Shown here in pieces: positions 19,701 through 31,700 of a stretch of DNA of 51,750 nucleotides. A model generated the notes under the pieces. It searched no databases. It worked only from the letters and a program-made list of their open reading frames with translations, and was not told the DNA's origin. Every line of letters starts with the position of its first letter. Within the stretch, counting starts at the first letter, position 1. The DNA is from Candidatus Omnitrophota bacterium (GTDB lineage: Bacteria; Omnitrophota; Omnitrophia; Omnitrophales; Aquincolibacteriaceae), in NCBI GenBank assembly GCA_043718225.1, contig JAYSWD010000065.1:1-51750 (forward strand). Reading direction: 5' to 3'. The position numbers and the translations under genes are program-made.

Positions 19701-22700
19701 TCGAGAGTAAGCGAGGCTTGGGTCATTGAAAAAGAATTAAATCCAAATGTGCGGTACAAATTTTCAAAAATAACCAAATAAGCCCGAGCATAACGTTTGC
19801 GTTCAGGTTTTGAGTTGCCCTCAACCAGAGCTGTCACGGGTTTATCATCAGATACGGAAGGCAATGCGGCAAGCAAACCGGCCATTTTACCGAACAATTT
19901 TTTGGACCAAGCCGCATAGGGTGCATGCGGATATTTTTTATTCTCTTCGAAAATCCCTTTGCCTGTCATAGTTTTGCGTATAGCTGATATTTCCTCGCGT
20001 TGAACATGGATACCAAAACGCCTTTCCAGAAACCATTGCTCATTTGTATCCAGCAGCGCCCAAATTTGCTTGAGGTCTTCTTCGCGGCCTGGTGCTTCCA
20101 TTTTTTCTGCTAATAATGTCCAACCTGTCACGCGTTGCGCTAAACATCTTTTAATTTCAACAAAGCGAAAAGATAGCATTGCCCCCGTAACCTTGAATTT
20201 TCTCTGCGCTTCTTCGCCCGTGTATTTATGTCCTGTCTGCTGAACAAAGTCATACAACGCGCGATTTACTGGGGAAAGCGCAAACAGCACCTCTTCGTCA
20301 ATTGCATCTGCATTGCCTAGGGAAACATCCTTTTCTTGCGGAGCACCAGGTTGCAATGTTGGTAGTGGCGCTGACTGTGGAACCGGCATAACGGGCTTAG
20401 CTGGTTGCGCTGTTGCAAGCACCGCGGTTGTCATAGGGTCGATAACTCCAGAAGATGCCGCCAACAAAGCTTCTTTGATACGCCGCAGCATGGGGTAAAT
20501 TTTTCCAGCTGTTACAGAAACATTGAATTGTTTATTGAATAGCCGGACTATTTCAGAAATTTTGTTCACACGATTCATCCCGCGGCCAAAGTACCGGTCG
20601 AAAACAAAACGCTCTTCTTCATTAAGGCGATCAGCAAGGCTTTTGTCTATTTCCGCCTCAGGTTTTTCAAGCCATGCGGCGATGAAATGCCAGGCGGTTT
20701 CGCCTTTTGTGGCTTTGAGTTTCTCAAGTGCGCTATAAATAGTCCGATTTGTCTGAGCGCGGCTCACCTCAATGTCATATTTTGCTTTCATCCAACGCAC
20801 AAGCTCTTCCATGTCATTGGTATATTCGGCACCAACACCATACCAATGCCGCAAAAGTAATTCTTCCGTCCGTGATACTTGCCAAAAAAGATCTTGCGTG
20901 ATCTTTTCAACCGGAACATCAATACGCGTGCTTAATTTTTGAATATCTCGCGCCGGCCCCGAAGCAGTAAAGCGTTCGGGATAAGCCGCTTTTTCCACAT
21001 CCAGCGGGTCAATCCCATAATATCGCAACACAGCATCCCAATCTTTATGTTGCCTTAAAAAGGCACGATAAGCCCGCTCATTATCTTCGCGAACGCGGGT
21101 AGCGGTGAGCAAACTTAAATCGTTTCGCCTTTCATCGATAAACGCTAAAAGATCTTCGCCTTTCCATTTCCATGCGGGGTATTCGCGTTTATGATCACGA
21201 TTTTTAAGTCTATTGAGCGCTTGTGCTTTTGTATCGATAATATCTTGATTTGTCAGAGTAATGTTCCGCGCAGCAAGCTCGACTTGGTGTGTCTGCGCTA
21301 ACTCAGCGGCAATAACACGATGATCTTCTTCTAAAAAAACACCCAGCCCAAAAGCGCGCCTCAAAACAGCTTCGTATGGAATAACTCCCTGATTTTTAAG
21401 ATTCAACAAAACACGCGGAATAATTTCTTCCGCTTCTTTTGGGACAATCCCGGTTTCTTTTTCGAGGGCCTTGTAGCCGTTATCGCGCCCCTTTAGTTTT
21501 TTGAAAGCTTTCTTGCGCTTAACCCAAACCGTGTTTTCATCAATCCCCCCCATCGCCTTGGCCAGTGCGGAAAAAGATGTCAATCTGGTTTCACCCAAAC
21601 CAAACTGTAAAGTTAAAATTTTTCGCTCATCCGCGGTTAAATACAGCCACGTAAGCCGCAAGGCTTCAAGGCGCTTGCTTTTAAATTTTTGAAAGGGCCT
21701 TGCGCTAACCTGTATTAATTCTTCAATTGAAACATCAATCTCTGCGGGGAGTTCGGTTGGCAGCTTGCGTTTTCGCCCTGTTCCGCTGTCATCCTCATCG
21801 GAAGCAACCGGTTTCTTTTTGAAAGATTTCAAAATTGCTTCGACGGGCAAATTAACCATGCTGGTGTGGGTTTTAAAAAAATCAGCCAGCGCTAAAAAGC
21901 GCTCGCGGTTCTCTTTGTTTTCATCCTCTAAGTTCAGTAAATCCATTTGCGCGGCAAGTCCGAAAAAATTTACCGCGGCTTTTGCGGCAACATCCATCGG
22001 AACAATCTTATCTTCGATAAAGCCTCTTACTCCTTCGGCGGCATCTAAAAACCCTTCTTTAAATTTTTGTTTTTGATTAAAAAATTCCGGGTTTCGAGAA
22101 AACCTGTCCTTTTTTGTTCTTTTAACTGCTCCAAATGCTGCGTTATATGCATGCCCAATCATCGTGATTAACCAAATGTATGTTTCCCGAAGTTCACTCT
22201 GTTCGTTTGCCGCTCGGTTACGCAGGCGGTCTTTTGCAAGCACCGCTTCTTCCGGATGAGCTCCGCTTAAATCCTCGTCTTCCCCCCGGTCGTCCGCAGC
22301 AGCCGCATCTTCTGCCGTCTCAAATTCAAATTCATCGGTCATTCGAATAGTTTTGGGAGAAGACAGGGCAGCTCCGGACCAGGCAGGAAATTGTTCTGTA
22401 ACCCAATTTTTTATTTTCCGCCCCGCGGGCGAAAGATCTTCGTCACCTTTATTTTCGCGGTTAAGAAAAACTGCCTGAATTTTTGGATCAAACCACTTTG
22501 TTTCGGGAATGCTATTCAATAGCTCATAGGCTGTTTCTTGCCAGTGGCCGTCAAGAGCAGAATTTTTTGAAATGAGATACAAAATAAAATACGCAATCCG
22601 CAATCGCGCTTCCGGATCAACTGGCCAAGCCTTCGATAAATCCGTTATCGCGAAAGCACGGAGCAATTCAAAGTAAAACCCCACGATTTTTTTTCTTTCT

Positions 22701-25700
22701 ATGGCTTTTCCATCTTTATCCTGCCATTGCTTCCAGCCAAAGCGGTCTCTGCCGCCGCTTCCTAAAGTTAATCTCTCAGCCAGGCGTTCGAGCAAGTGAA
22801 TTAATCGTCCGTGATATTGCGCAGCATTGGCTGTTTCATCGTGTTTTAAATTTTTAAAAAAAAGCGGGTGAAGATCCAAGGCGCTTACAACCTGTTGTGT
22901 CGGGGGTTTGCGCGTTTGACCATCAACCAGCTTCATGTCATCCAATACCAGATTGATGCGCGCTTTGATTTTCAAAAGGCTCGCGGGAGCAAGCGGTTCC
23001 AGGTCCGGATACAAAATTTCGTGATTCGAAGAACGCGCACTGTCTTCATTATCATCTTCTATTGCCGTTTTCGCGGCAAACGGCGCATTGGAATTAAAAG
23101 TTTGCGCGCGGGCTAAAAGTTCAGCGCGTGCTTTTTCAAGCTGTTCAACCAACTGCAAATCCGGATCTGTAAAACGAGACCGTCCCAGCTGAACAACTTC
23201 CTCGATAAGCGCGTTCACCGCTACAATCCAATCATCTCCTTCATTGCCCGTGTTTAAAATAATTCTGCTTTTTTGATCCAGTAGTTTTGGAACCTCTGCT
23301 TTAAGCAGCGCCTGCAGCCGTATCAGTTTCGCACCGGGAAGAAGCCCTTGAAAATTTCCTGCCGCAGTGAGCGCTGCCCCGGCAGGAGCGGAGCTGAAAT
23401 TTTCAAAAGTCGCAACAGCTTGCTTGAGCTTTGAAAAAAGAGCATTAGACGCTTCATCATATTTGTCTATATACCCTTGCATTTTTTGAATAAAAGGCAC
23501 CGCTTGCTCATGCCCATATCTTCCTTTTGCTCCGCTTACGAATTTCTCCATCCATAGCATCCACTGTTCAATATTTGCGCGCACATCCTTGGGGAATGAA
23601 TTTTTTTCTGAAGCAGGTTTTTTTGTGTCCGCCTGTTTTATTGCCGGAGCCGGTGCTTCAGTTACATTTGTTTCTTTTGAAAGATCCCATAGCCCTTTTT
23701 TGATTAATGCGCCTCGAATTTTCAGCAATATTCCGCGCAAACGCTCAGCATCGGAAGAAGCATCATTCCTTAATTGTGGAACGAACTTTCCTAAATATTC
23801 CTGCAGGCGTGGATAAAAATCAGGGTCGGAAATCAATGCTTCGGCTTCAAGCTGCTTTAAAAAGGAAGTCAGGCTTAATTCTATGCCTGTATAAAAAAAC
23901 TTTGCTCTTGAAACAGAAGCTATTGCGTGGTCAGGTGCCAAATCAAAAAATATTTTTCCCGCAAAAAAACTTTCTTGCCCCTGAGCCGTGTTTAATTTTG
24001 CGTCGGGATCAGTAAGCCCTTGTCCCGTTCTTATTTTTTTCTTATCCTTGATCCACAGCTCACGCAGTAATTCCAAGGGCATTCGTCCTTTCAGGATAGG
24101 CGCCTCGGCAATTTGCCGCACTGTAAACTGTCCCCTGTTCGGTTCAAGGCCTTGTGCTTCCCGTAAACTTATTTTTACTAGATGAATCAGCATGCCAAGT
24201 TCATAAGAAGTCCACTCTTCCCCTTCGCGATGAGCATCCAGCAATTCAAGAATTTCTGCTTTTTCTTCTTCGCGCATTTCGGAGCGCGTTGGAATTAGAA
24301 CTGTCCAAACCGTACCGATTTTCACCGTTTCTTGATCGAGAAGTGCTTGGCTTTCAATTTTGGCATGAGGATCACGTCCTAAAAACCTGTTAATAAGTTT
24401 GTGTCCAGTGCCTTTTCCGTGAAGACGAAAAACTTTCTTCAATTCCCCTAGACGGGCCGGTGAAGCATTTTGCTGGGCTCCTCCGTCTCCGACATGAATA
24501 AAAATTCTACCGGCTTTTCTTTCCCACCAAATCTCAAAAGGCCTCGAAGTGTCCCCTGAATTGCCATGCACTACTGCATTTGTTAAAAGCTCAAGCAACA
24601 GATCGCGCAGTTTTACATTAAAATCGGTGCCCGCATAACTCAAGCTTGGACTTTGCAGTTCCGGCCGATACCCCACCCAGGCATCAGCCCAAGCCTCGGC
24701 TGTAATCGCAGCAATTTCTTTAAGCGCTAATCCTAGCGCTGCCGGCTTCTCTATTGTTTCAAACACTTCAAGACCAGAAAAGCGCATTATGCTTTTTTGT
24801 TCAGCAAACATGCTTTTTGCCACTCCGAGTTCGGCTGCGGACTTTGTCTTTGTGGTTCCAAAAGCTGCAATTGGATTATTTTTAATATTTTGGCGGCGAA
24901 CATGAAATTGCCGCATAAGCGCAGCATCTCGTATTTCCGAGCGCGCAGGCTCCAGCTCCTCTTCCGGAATAAGCTCATGATAAAAAATCTTGTCGCCGGC
25001 GCGATCTCCTTCTCCGCGCGCCTCATGCATCACGTTTGTAAGGTAGCGAATAATTGTTTCGGAAGTTTTTTTGTCCGGGCTTGTCAGTAGAAATTCTAGG
25101 CGTAGATTTTCTGCTTCGGGTTTAATAGATTTGAGCCGGGCTGAATATCCCGCATGCCGCCGAGAACCGACGCGCAACTCTGCCCACATATCTTTTTTAA
25201 GTTTTCTTTTTTGGTATCCGGTTTTATAAAGCGTGCCCATATCCCAGTCTTTAATTGTTCCGATGGCGTCCAAGACCTCTTGCCATGTTTGCTTTTTTGG
25301 TTTTGTTAACAGCTCCGCAAATGCCAAGCTATTCCACTCATCCGTATCCAAAATATCAAAAACTTCAGGGCCTGTTTTTTTACCCGTGTACCGATCCATC
25401 AACAAAGTGCGATAGCGCCCGATCCAAAATGTTTTGTCCGGGTTTTCATTTGAAAATGCGAAAACAAGTCTGTACCTTTTTCCCTCGGCACCGGCGCTTT
25501 TGATAAATATTTTTACGCGCTCTTCTCCGGGCTTAAGCGGTCGCAAACCCAAATTGGTCAATTTGTGAATGAAGTTTGGAGCAATAACCATTAAATCAAG
25601 GTGCCCGCGCGCAATGGCTTCTCCCAATTCTTCGTTCCCTACAAAATCAGGTAAAGATTTTTTCGATTTCTCCCAATCAATATCCGCGGGCTGCCGGAGA

Positions 25701-28700
25701 ACCATCCCGAGCTTGCTTTGCGCCTCTTTCATCGGATCCGGAATCACGTTTGTCGGAGCTGTTGTTAATTTTTCTAAAAGTTTTCTTCTCTGCCGCCCAA
25801 CACTGGTCGCCGCCATTTCCTTGCCTGTCCTGCGCGACCACTCGGCGGCAATGTTCAAATTTGTAAAAAAGCGCGGCTGATCAAGCCCCAAATCTATTTT
25901 CAAGAAAAGCTGCTCATCCTCGTCGAGATTCGCCTCAAAGGCCTTTTTGGTTTCTTCCACGGACAGCCCCGCTAAACTCGCTAAATGCTTCCAGCCTGAT
26001 TTCCATAATTGCAATGATTCTAATGCGCGATCTCGAAGCTCGCTCGCGCCGTTCTCGGACAAGCCTGAAAGTTTGATTGTGGTTTCAAGTGATTGATCGA
26101 AATCACCGTCCAACCCAAGAAATGCCGTTAAAACAGACTGCTCACGCGGCTCTAAAAAATTCCAGACCTGACGAATTTCTTCATGCCGCAATACGTTAAC
26201 TTTCTTGGGAGTGGGCAAGCCCAATCGCGCCCAAACCAGCTCTTCGCGCGTCATGCCCAGGGCTTTGGGCCACAAAATCTTTTTGCTTATTTGCGGAATT
26301 ATTTCCGGGGCTTGTTTCTTTGGCGTTGTCGGTTGTGCTTTGTGCGTTTTTTTAACCTCTTTCCCCGAATCTTTTGCTTTTGCCGGGCGTGCCGCCGCGG
26401 ATAATTTTTTTGAAACCGCTAGCTTTGGTTCATTTTTCTTAACTTGCAAATCTTTAGCAATCTGTTTCGTGTTCACCGGAACGCTTCTCTTTTCCGCCGG
26501 CTTTGTTTTTTTTATTTCTTTTTTATTGGTAGGAATGGTTTTCTTGATACGCTCAGACGGTTTCTTTTTACTTACGCCCATTTTAACGGTTGGTTGTTTT
26601 TTCTCTGCTCCCTTTGCAGCAGGTTTAGTTTCTTTGGCTGCCGAAACACTTCCTTTTTGAGGTAACGTTTTCGACGTTTTAGGGACGGCAATTTTCTTTG
26701 TGGTTTTTTTTGCCTCTTCTTCTGCTTTGGGCGTTTCCTCTGCGCCCTTCAAAGGCGCTCGGACCACAAACACGTTTCTGCGCGGAACATCCGGAGGCAT
26801 TTCGTCTTCCTCCAAAACTTCTTCTATTTCTGGCTCGATTTTTTTAACGGGCCCAGTGATTTTTTTGTGGTGCACAATAATCGTTTGTGTATTTTTTGAA
26901 ACTTCCGCCGTATCCCAAGATCTTCCCACGTTAACCCCACCCACCAAAACTTTGCCGATAGCCGTCATTCGTAAATCGGCCGTCTTCTCATTCGAAAAAC
27001 CCGCTCTTCTCAAAATGTCTGCGACATCACCCGAATCTTCCGACCGAAGGTTAACTTTAACTTCATTGATTTCGCCAAAACCTTGCAATTGCACTACAAT
27101 TTTCCGCATTTCGGAGCGAGCTCTAGCTGCCAATTCGTTCTTTGGCGGATCGGAACGCTTCGTTAGAACCGCAAAACGCGCAGGCATAATCGGTACGGGC
27201 GAAAAAATATGCGTATGTGGATAAACCGGGCTCCATTGAAGGGAATAATTCAAGTGATCGGTTTGAGTTTCTAACCACGCTCCAAACCCGTTTAAGTTTG
27301 AAAGTTCTTGGCGAAGCCTCTCGCCCCCGGGAACATCGATTGCCGGCAAATCTTCAACATTAAAACCAAGCCGCGCCGGAGTTACAATGATTTTCCCGCC
27401 GGGCTTTAAAATTCGCAGCATTTCTTGGATGGCTTTTCTCCAAACCGTTTCATTTTCAAGACCAAAATTCGTAGCAAAAACATACGGCATAATAATCAAA
27501 TCAAATTCTTTTTCCTCAAAAGGCGTCTGCAAAATATTCCCTTGCTGAAAATCAATATTCGGAATTGCACGGCCGGATTTAGTTGCAGCGTCAGAATAAA
27601 GTCTCTGTAATAACTCGTGTTGAACAATAGGCCGTGAATTTGTGTCGGCAGAAAAAATGAGGTCTGAGCTGCCTGCGTTTGAATGCAGCGACTTGGCGCG
27701 TTGAACAATGGTTGTCAAGCGATCGGAATCAAGTCCGGTAACTTTTTTCGCTCTGTGCTCAATAAGTTGAAAGGGTAAATTGCCGTAACCGGGCGCAACT
27801 AACACATTTTTGTCTTGCACCCACTCTTGAGGATCAAGCATGCCCGGTTGATTAAACCAATGCTGGCCAAAAATTCGCGCGGAATCAACTTCCGTTAAGA
27901 AATGAACATAAGTTCGTTTTCCCTTTGCATTTTCGCGCATGGGTAATTCTCCGCCATTAGCCAACGTCCGCAAAGTCTCTAATTCATCAGTCGAAAGCTC
28001 CCGCATTTCGGAACGGCGCATGAGCCGCGCCCAATGAAGGCCGGTTCCAATAAGCCCCGCGGCGGCAAACGCAAAAATCGCATCGGGAACAAGCGGATAA
28101 TCGATTGGCACCGGAGAAAGCTGTGTCGGCTGTGTTTTTAATTTCAAAAATATCAGCCCTGCCGGAACCGCGAAAAGCCAAAGATGAAGAAGCGCCTGGC
28201 TTATTACGGCCGGTACTTTTTTTAGACGGCTTTCTATCATTAAAATCCCAAGCATTGAAATCCATACGGGCGCAAAGAGATTTGACAGCCAACTGAGGAT
28301 TGAGAAATAAAGCCCTTCTTGGGTCAGCACAAGGGAAGCAATAACAACCAATCCGTTTGAAAGCAAAAAGAAATGGGCTATGCTTCGAGGATCCGTGAAC
28401 GACCGGGCGGGAGCCACAGTTGTCGCAGCCATGGATGAGACGCTCTCAGCAGGCTGGGCGGGCTCTTCTTGCCTTTGTTTTACCGGCGCAAATTCTTTTT
28501 CAACTGTCCATTGTTCGGCTTCAAATAATTTCCATTCTGTTGCGTCCTGCCTAAACATTCGAATGATTTCGTCCATACTTTGCGGCCGGGCCTCCGAGTT
28601 GCGCGGAAACATCCCCGAAAGGGGCGCCGTTCCCACTTTGATTTGTTTTTGGAGCTTCTCAATCCATTCGGTAATTTCCATATGCTCGGAAGGAAAGCGT

Positions 28701-31700
28701 GGGTTTTCGAAAAGAAGCCCGAGATATTTTAAAATTAATTCTTTCACGCGCTCTTCCGGCATGAGCCCCCGGTTAAGAATTTTTGTCTCCAGCAAGCTAA
28801 TCAATGTCATGATCAACCCATAAACATCGCCTTCTTCATCTTCGGCCCAATGATCCTTGTAATTTCCGGTCAGCGGAAAAAAACCCGGCGTGCGCACTCC
28901 CATTCTTTGATCAACCGGAGTTGAGACAGCTTCGGCGGCTCCAAAATCAATCACCTCGATGTTGCCAAGGCGATTTCTCAAAATATTTTCAGGTTTAAGA
29001 TCCCGGTGCAAAATTCCATTCTTATGCAAACTTCTTTTGACCGTGCGCGCTGTTTTGATGACAACGTCAAAAATGCTGGAAACATATCGAAAGTCGGCAG
29101 AATCTAAATCGGTCGCGTCGCTTTGAGTTTCGATTTCAATCCATAGGCCTTTTACGCCTTCCAACACGCCTATTTCTTTTAAATGCGTAACTCCGGAAGC
29201 ACGAAGCATTGTTAGCTGATTTAAAAAATCTGCCTCATTGGCAAGCAGCCTGATCGAAAGCAAAGGGTCTCTCTGCGCTTGTTGTGACGGCGTCAACTGG
29301 GCGCTTTCGGCTATTTTTATAACCACCATTTTTTCAGGGTCAGCCGTTTGATGGTCCGCCCGGTCGGGAACAAACAAATTCGGCGCCCAGTGAGGGTCCC
29401 CGGCCGAAGCACCGCTTTCAGTAAAAAGCCTATGCCGCACCCCGCGTCTCCTGCCGTATTTTTTATCACTCCACTTGTCCCCAAAAAACTCTTTGAGATA
29501 AGCAACGTTGATTGTTTCGACGTCCGGCATAAAAAGCCGCGCTCCATCAAGCCGCATTTCCGAGCGCCGTGAAAAAACTTCGTGAAGTTTGGTTAACTGG
29601 TCATAGCGATTGGCGGTGGACTCGTATACAAAGAGGGCATAAAAAAACCAGCCGGTCAGTGAGCCTAAGAAAAGCGAAAAGGGTATGCTGTAAAATGCCG
29701 TAAGCCAGGTTAAAACATAAGCCTCTAAAACATACCACGTCAGTGTTGCTTGCTCGACAGCCCGCTTACGTACTTTCCAACGGTCACGAGACTCCCCAAT
29801 GTTTTTAAGTATCTCGTTATCGTTCGCCGCTTTTCCCGCCCATTGCCGGGCATATTTTTGCGCAATTTTAAAAAACGTTTTCGCTTCGTCTCCGAAATAG
29901 CCTGCCGCCTCAACTCGCGCTGCCATTTTTTCTTCAAACTCTGCGATTTTGTCCGGATCTGACACCAAAAATTTTAAAACGCTTGTTACCCACGCCCACC
30001 GCTCGGCAGGCTTGAAGAGATGACCAACCCCTCCCATTCTTACCGCTTGCGCATCATCCAAACCGACGGCTTGAATCCAATATTCTGTGCTTGCTCCAAT
30101 CACCGGATCTTCCTCAGCGGCCAGCGCAAATATTTTTTCTTTCTGCGCTGTAACTTCGGAGATTTGATTAGCATTCCACATAAGCTTGCGCGCTGCCACA
30201 TCAATGGCAGGAGCGTCTTCACCCACGAATGTTCGATCAAAATAGGCATTGAATACATCTAAATTTTGGGCTTGAAAATAATTTTCAAAATAAGGATTGG
30301 TGGGCATATGCATCGTGACCAGCTTTTGAATCTTATAGGCATGCGCGCCGGCCAATGCCGTCGCGGCGACGTAAGCTCCCATGCTGTGGCCGACAAGAGA
30401 AACTTGCTCAATATCCAAATCTTTCCGCACGGCAATGAACGACAAAATCGAGCCTACGTATTGATCAAAATTTTCATCTCCGGCCAGCGTATTTTGATTT
30501 TCGCCATGCCCGGGCAGATCGGGGCGAATGACTGCATAGCCGCGCCGAACCAAAACTGCTTCCAGCAAATCAAAGTAGGGAAATTCTTTTGATTCGGTCA
30601 TGCTGTGCATTAAAACAACCACGGGACGCGGCTTATCGGAAGGCTGTGCGCTTTGAATCAACCAAAGCGGGGTAGTCCCGGAAAATATTTTCTCAATTTT
30701 GGGAGGCGCACGCCCATGTTCCGCATACCATCTCTTTTTTGCGGCAGGATAAATGTCTGTAATACGCCGTCGGCTTTCAACATCTTCATCTGTGCCCGGC
30801 ATCATGTCCGCCGTCGCCATGTATAAATATTGAAATTCTTTGAGCTTATTGTCGCCGCCCTTTTGCTTGGCCCATTCAACGAGAGAAATCTTTTCGCGCG
30901 CTGTCTCACCGCTCGCAATCGGTTCACGGAACGGGATTTCTTTAAACAGCTTGTTGGCCTCTGCTCGCTTCAAATTAAAAACGGACATCAGCCAATTTAC
31001 CGAAAGTTTTCCGTTTCCATTCCGCATTTCGGCCCTTCGCTTTGGCGTGAATGCCTTGCTCAGGGCTTCACCCGTTGATTTTAGGGCCGATCCCTGAGCG
31101 GAAGTCGAACGGGCTTCGGAACGGAGTCGCTTTAATGGATGGTCCGCAAGAAGCGTCTGCATGTCGCGGAGCTCCGTTTCGATTTCTTCCGCAAGCTCGG
31201 TCCAGCCCAATAAACGGGCAAGTTTCGGCATGGCTATGCGAATATCCATGTTGTCTGTCGCTAAAACAAGATTTGGCCTTACGATCTTGTAATAAAGGAG
31301 CGCCTCAAAAACATTTTCAAGAGGTTCGTAAGGCGCTTCGCCGGCCCATATAATTCTTTGCAATTCGGGAATTCCCCGCTGAACGGCCTCGGTCCACATT
31401 TGAAGTTTCTGCTCAAATGAAACAGGGCGGGGCGCATCCACAACTGTTTGCCGCCAAGCTCGAAACCATCTTTCAATCGAAGGCTCAACCCATAAATATT
31501 CTTCAACCATTGCAACATCCAGCGCGCTCATATAAGTGCGTAAAATTTTAAGCGGGCGGTTCGGACGCCGGGTGTCATCAACATGCACTTGAATATGTCC
31601 GCGATAAAATTTATTTCCAAAAGGCGTCAATTTCTGCCGAATAAAAGCTTTTCGTTTATATTCAGACAGAGACGGATTGTCCGCCGATAAAGGCAAAACA

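Noticed and set aside
26290-26740. Lys/Ala/Pro-rich segment as a histone-like domain
   Set aside because: Low-complexity stretch that cannot be told apart from a disordered linker.
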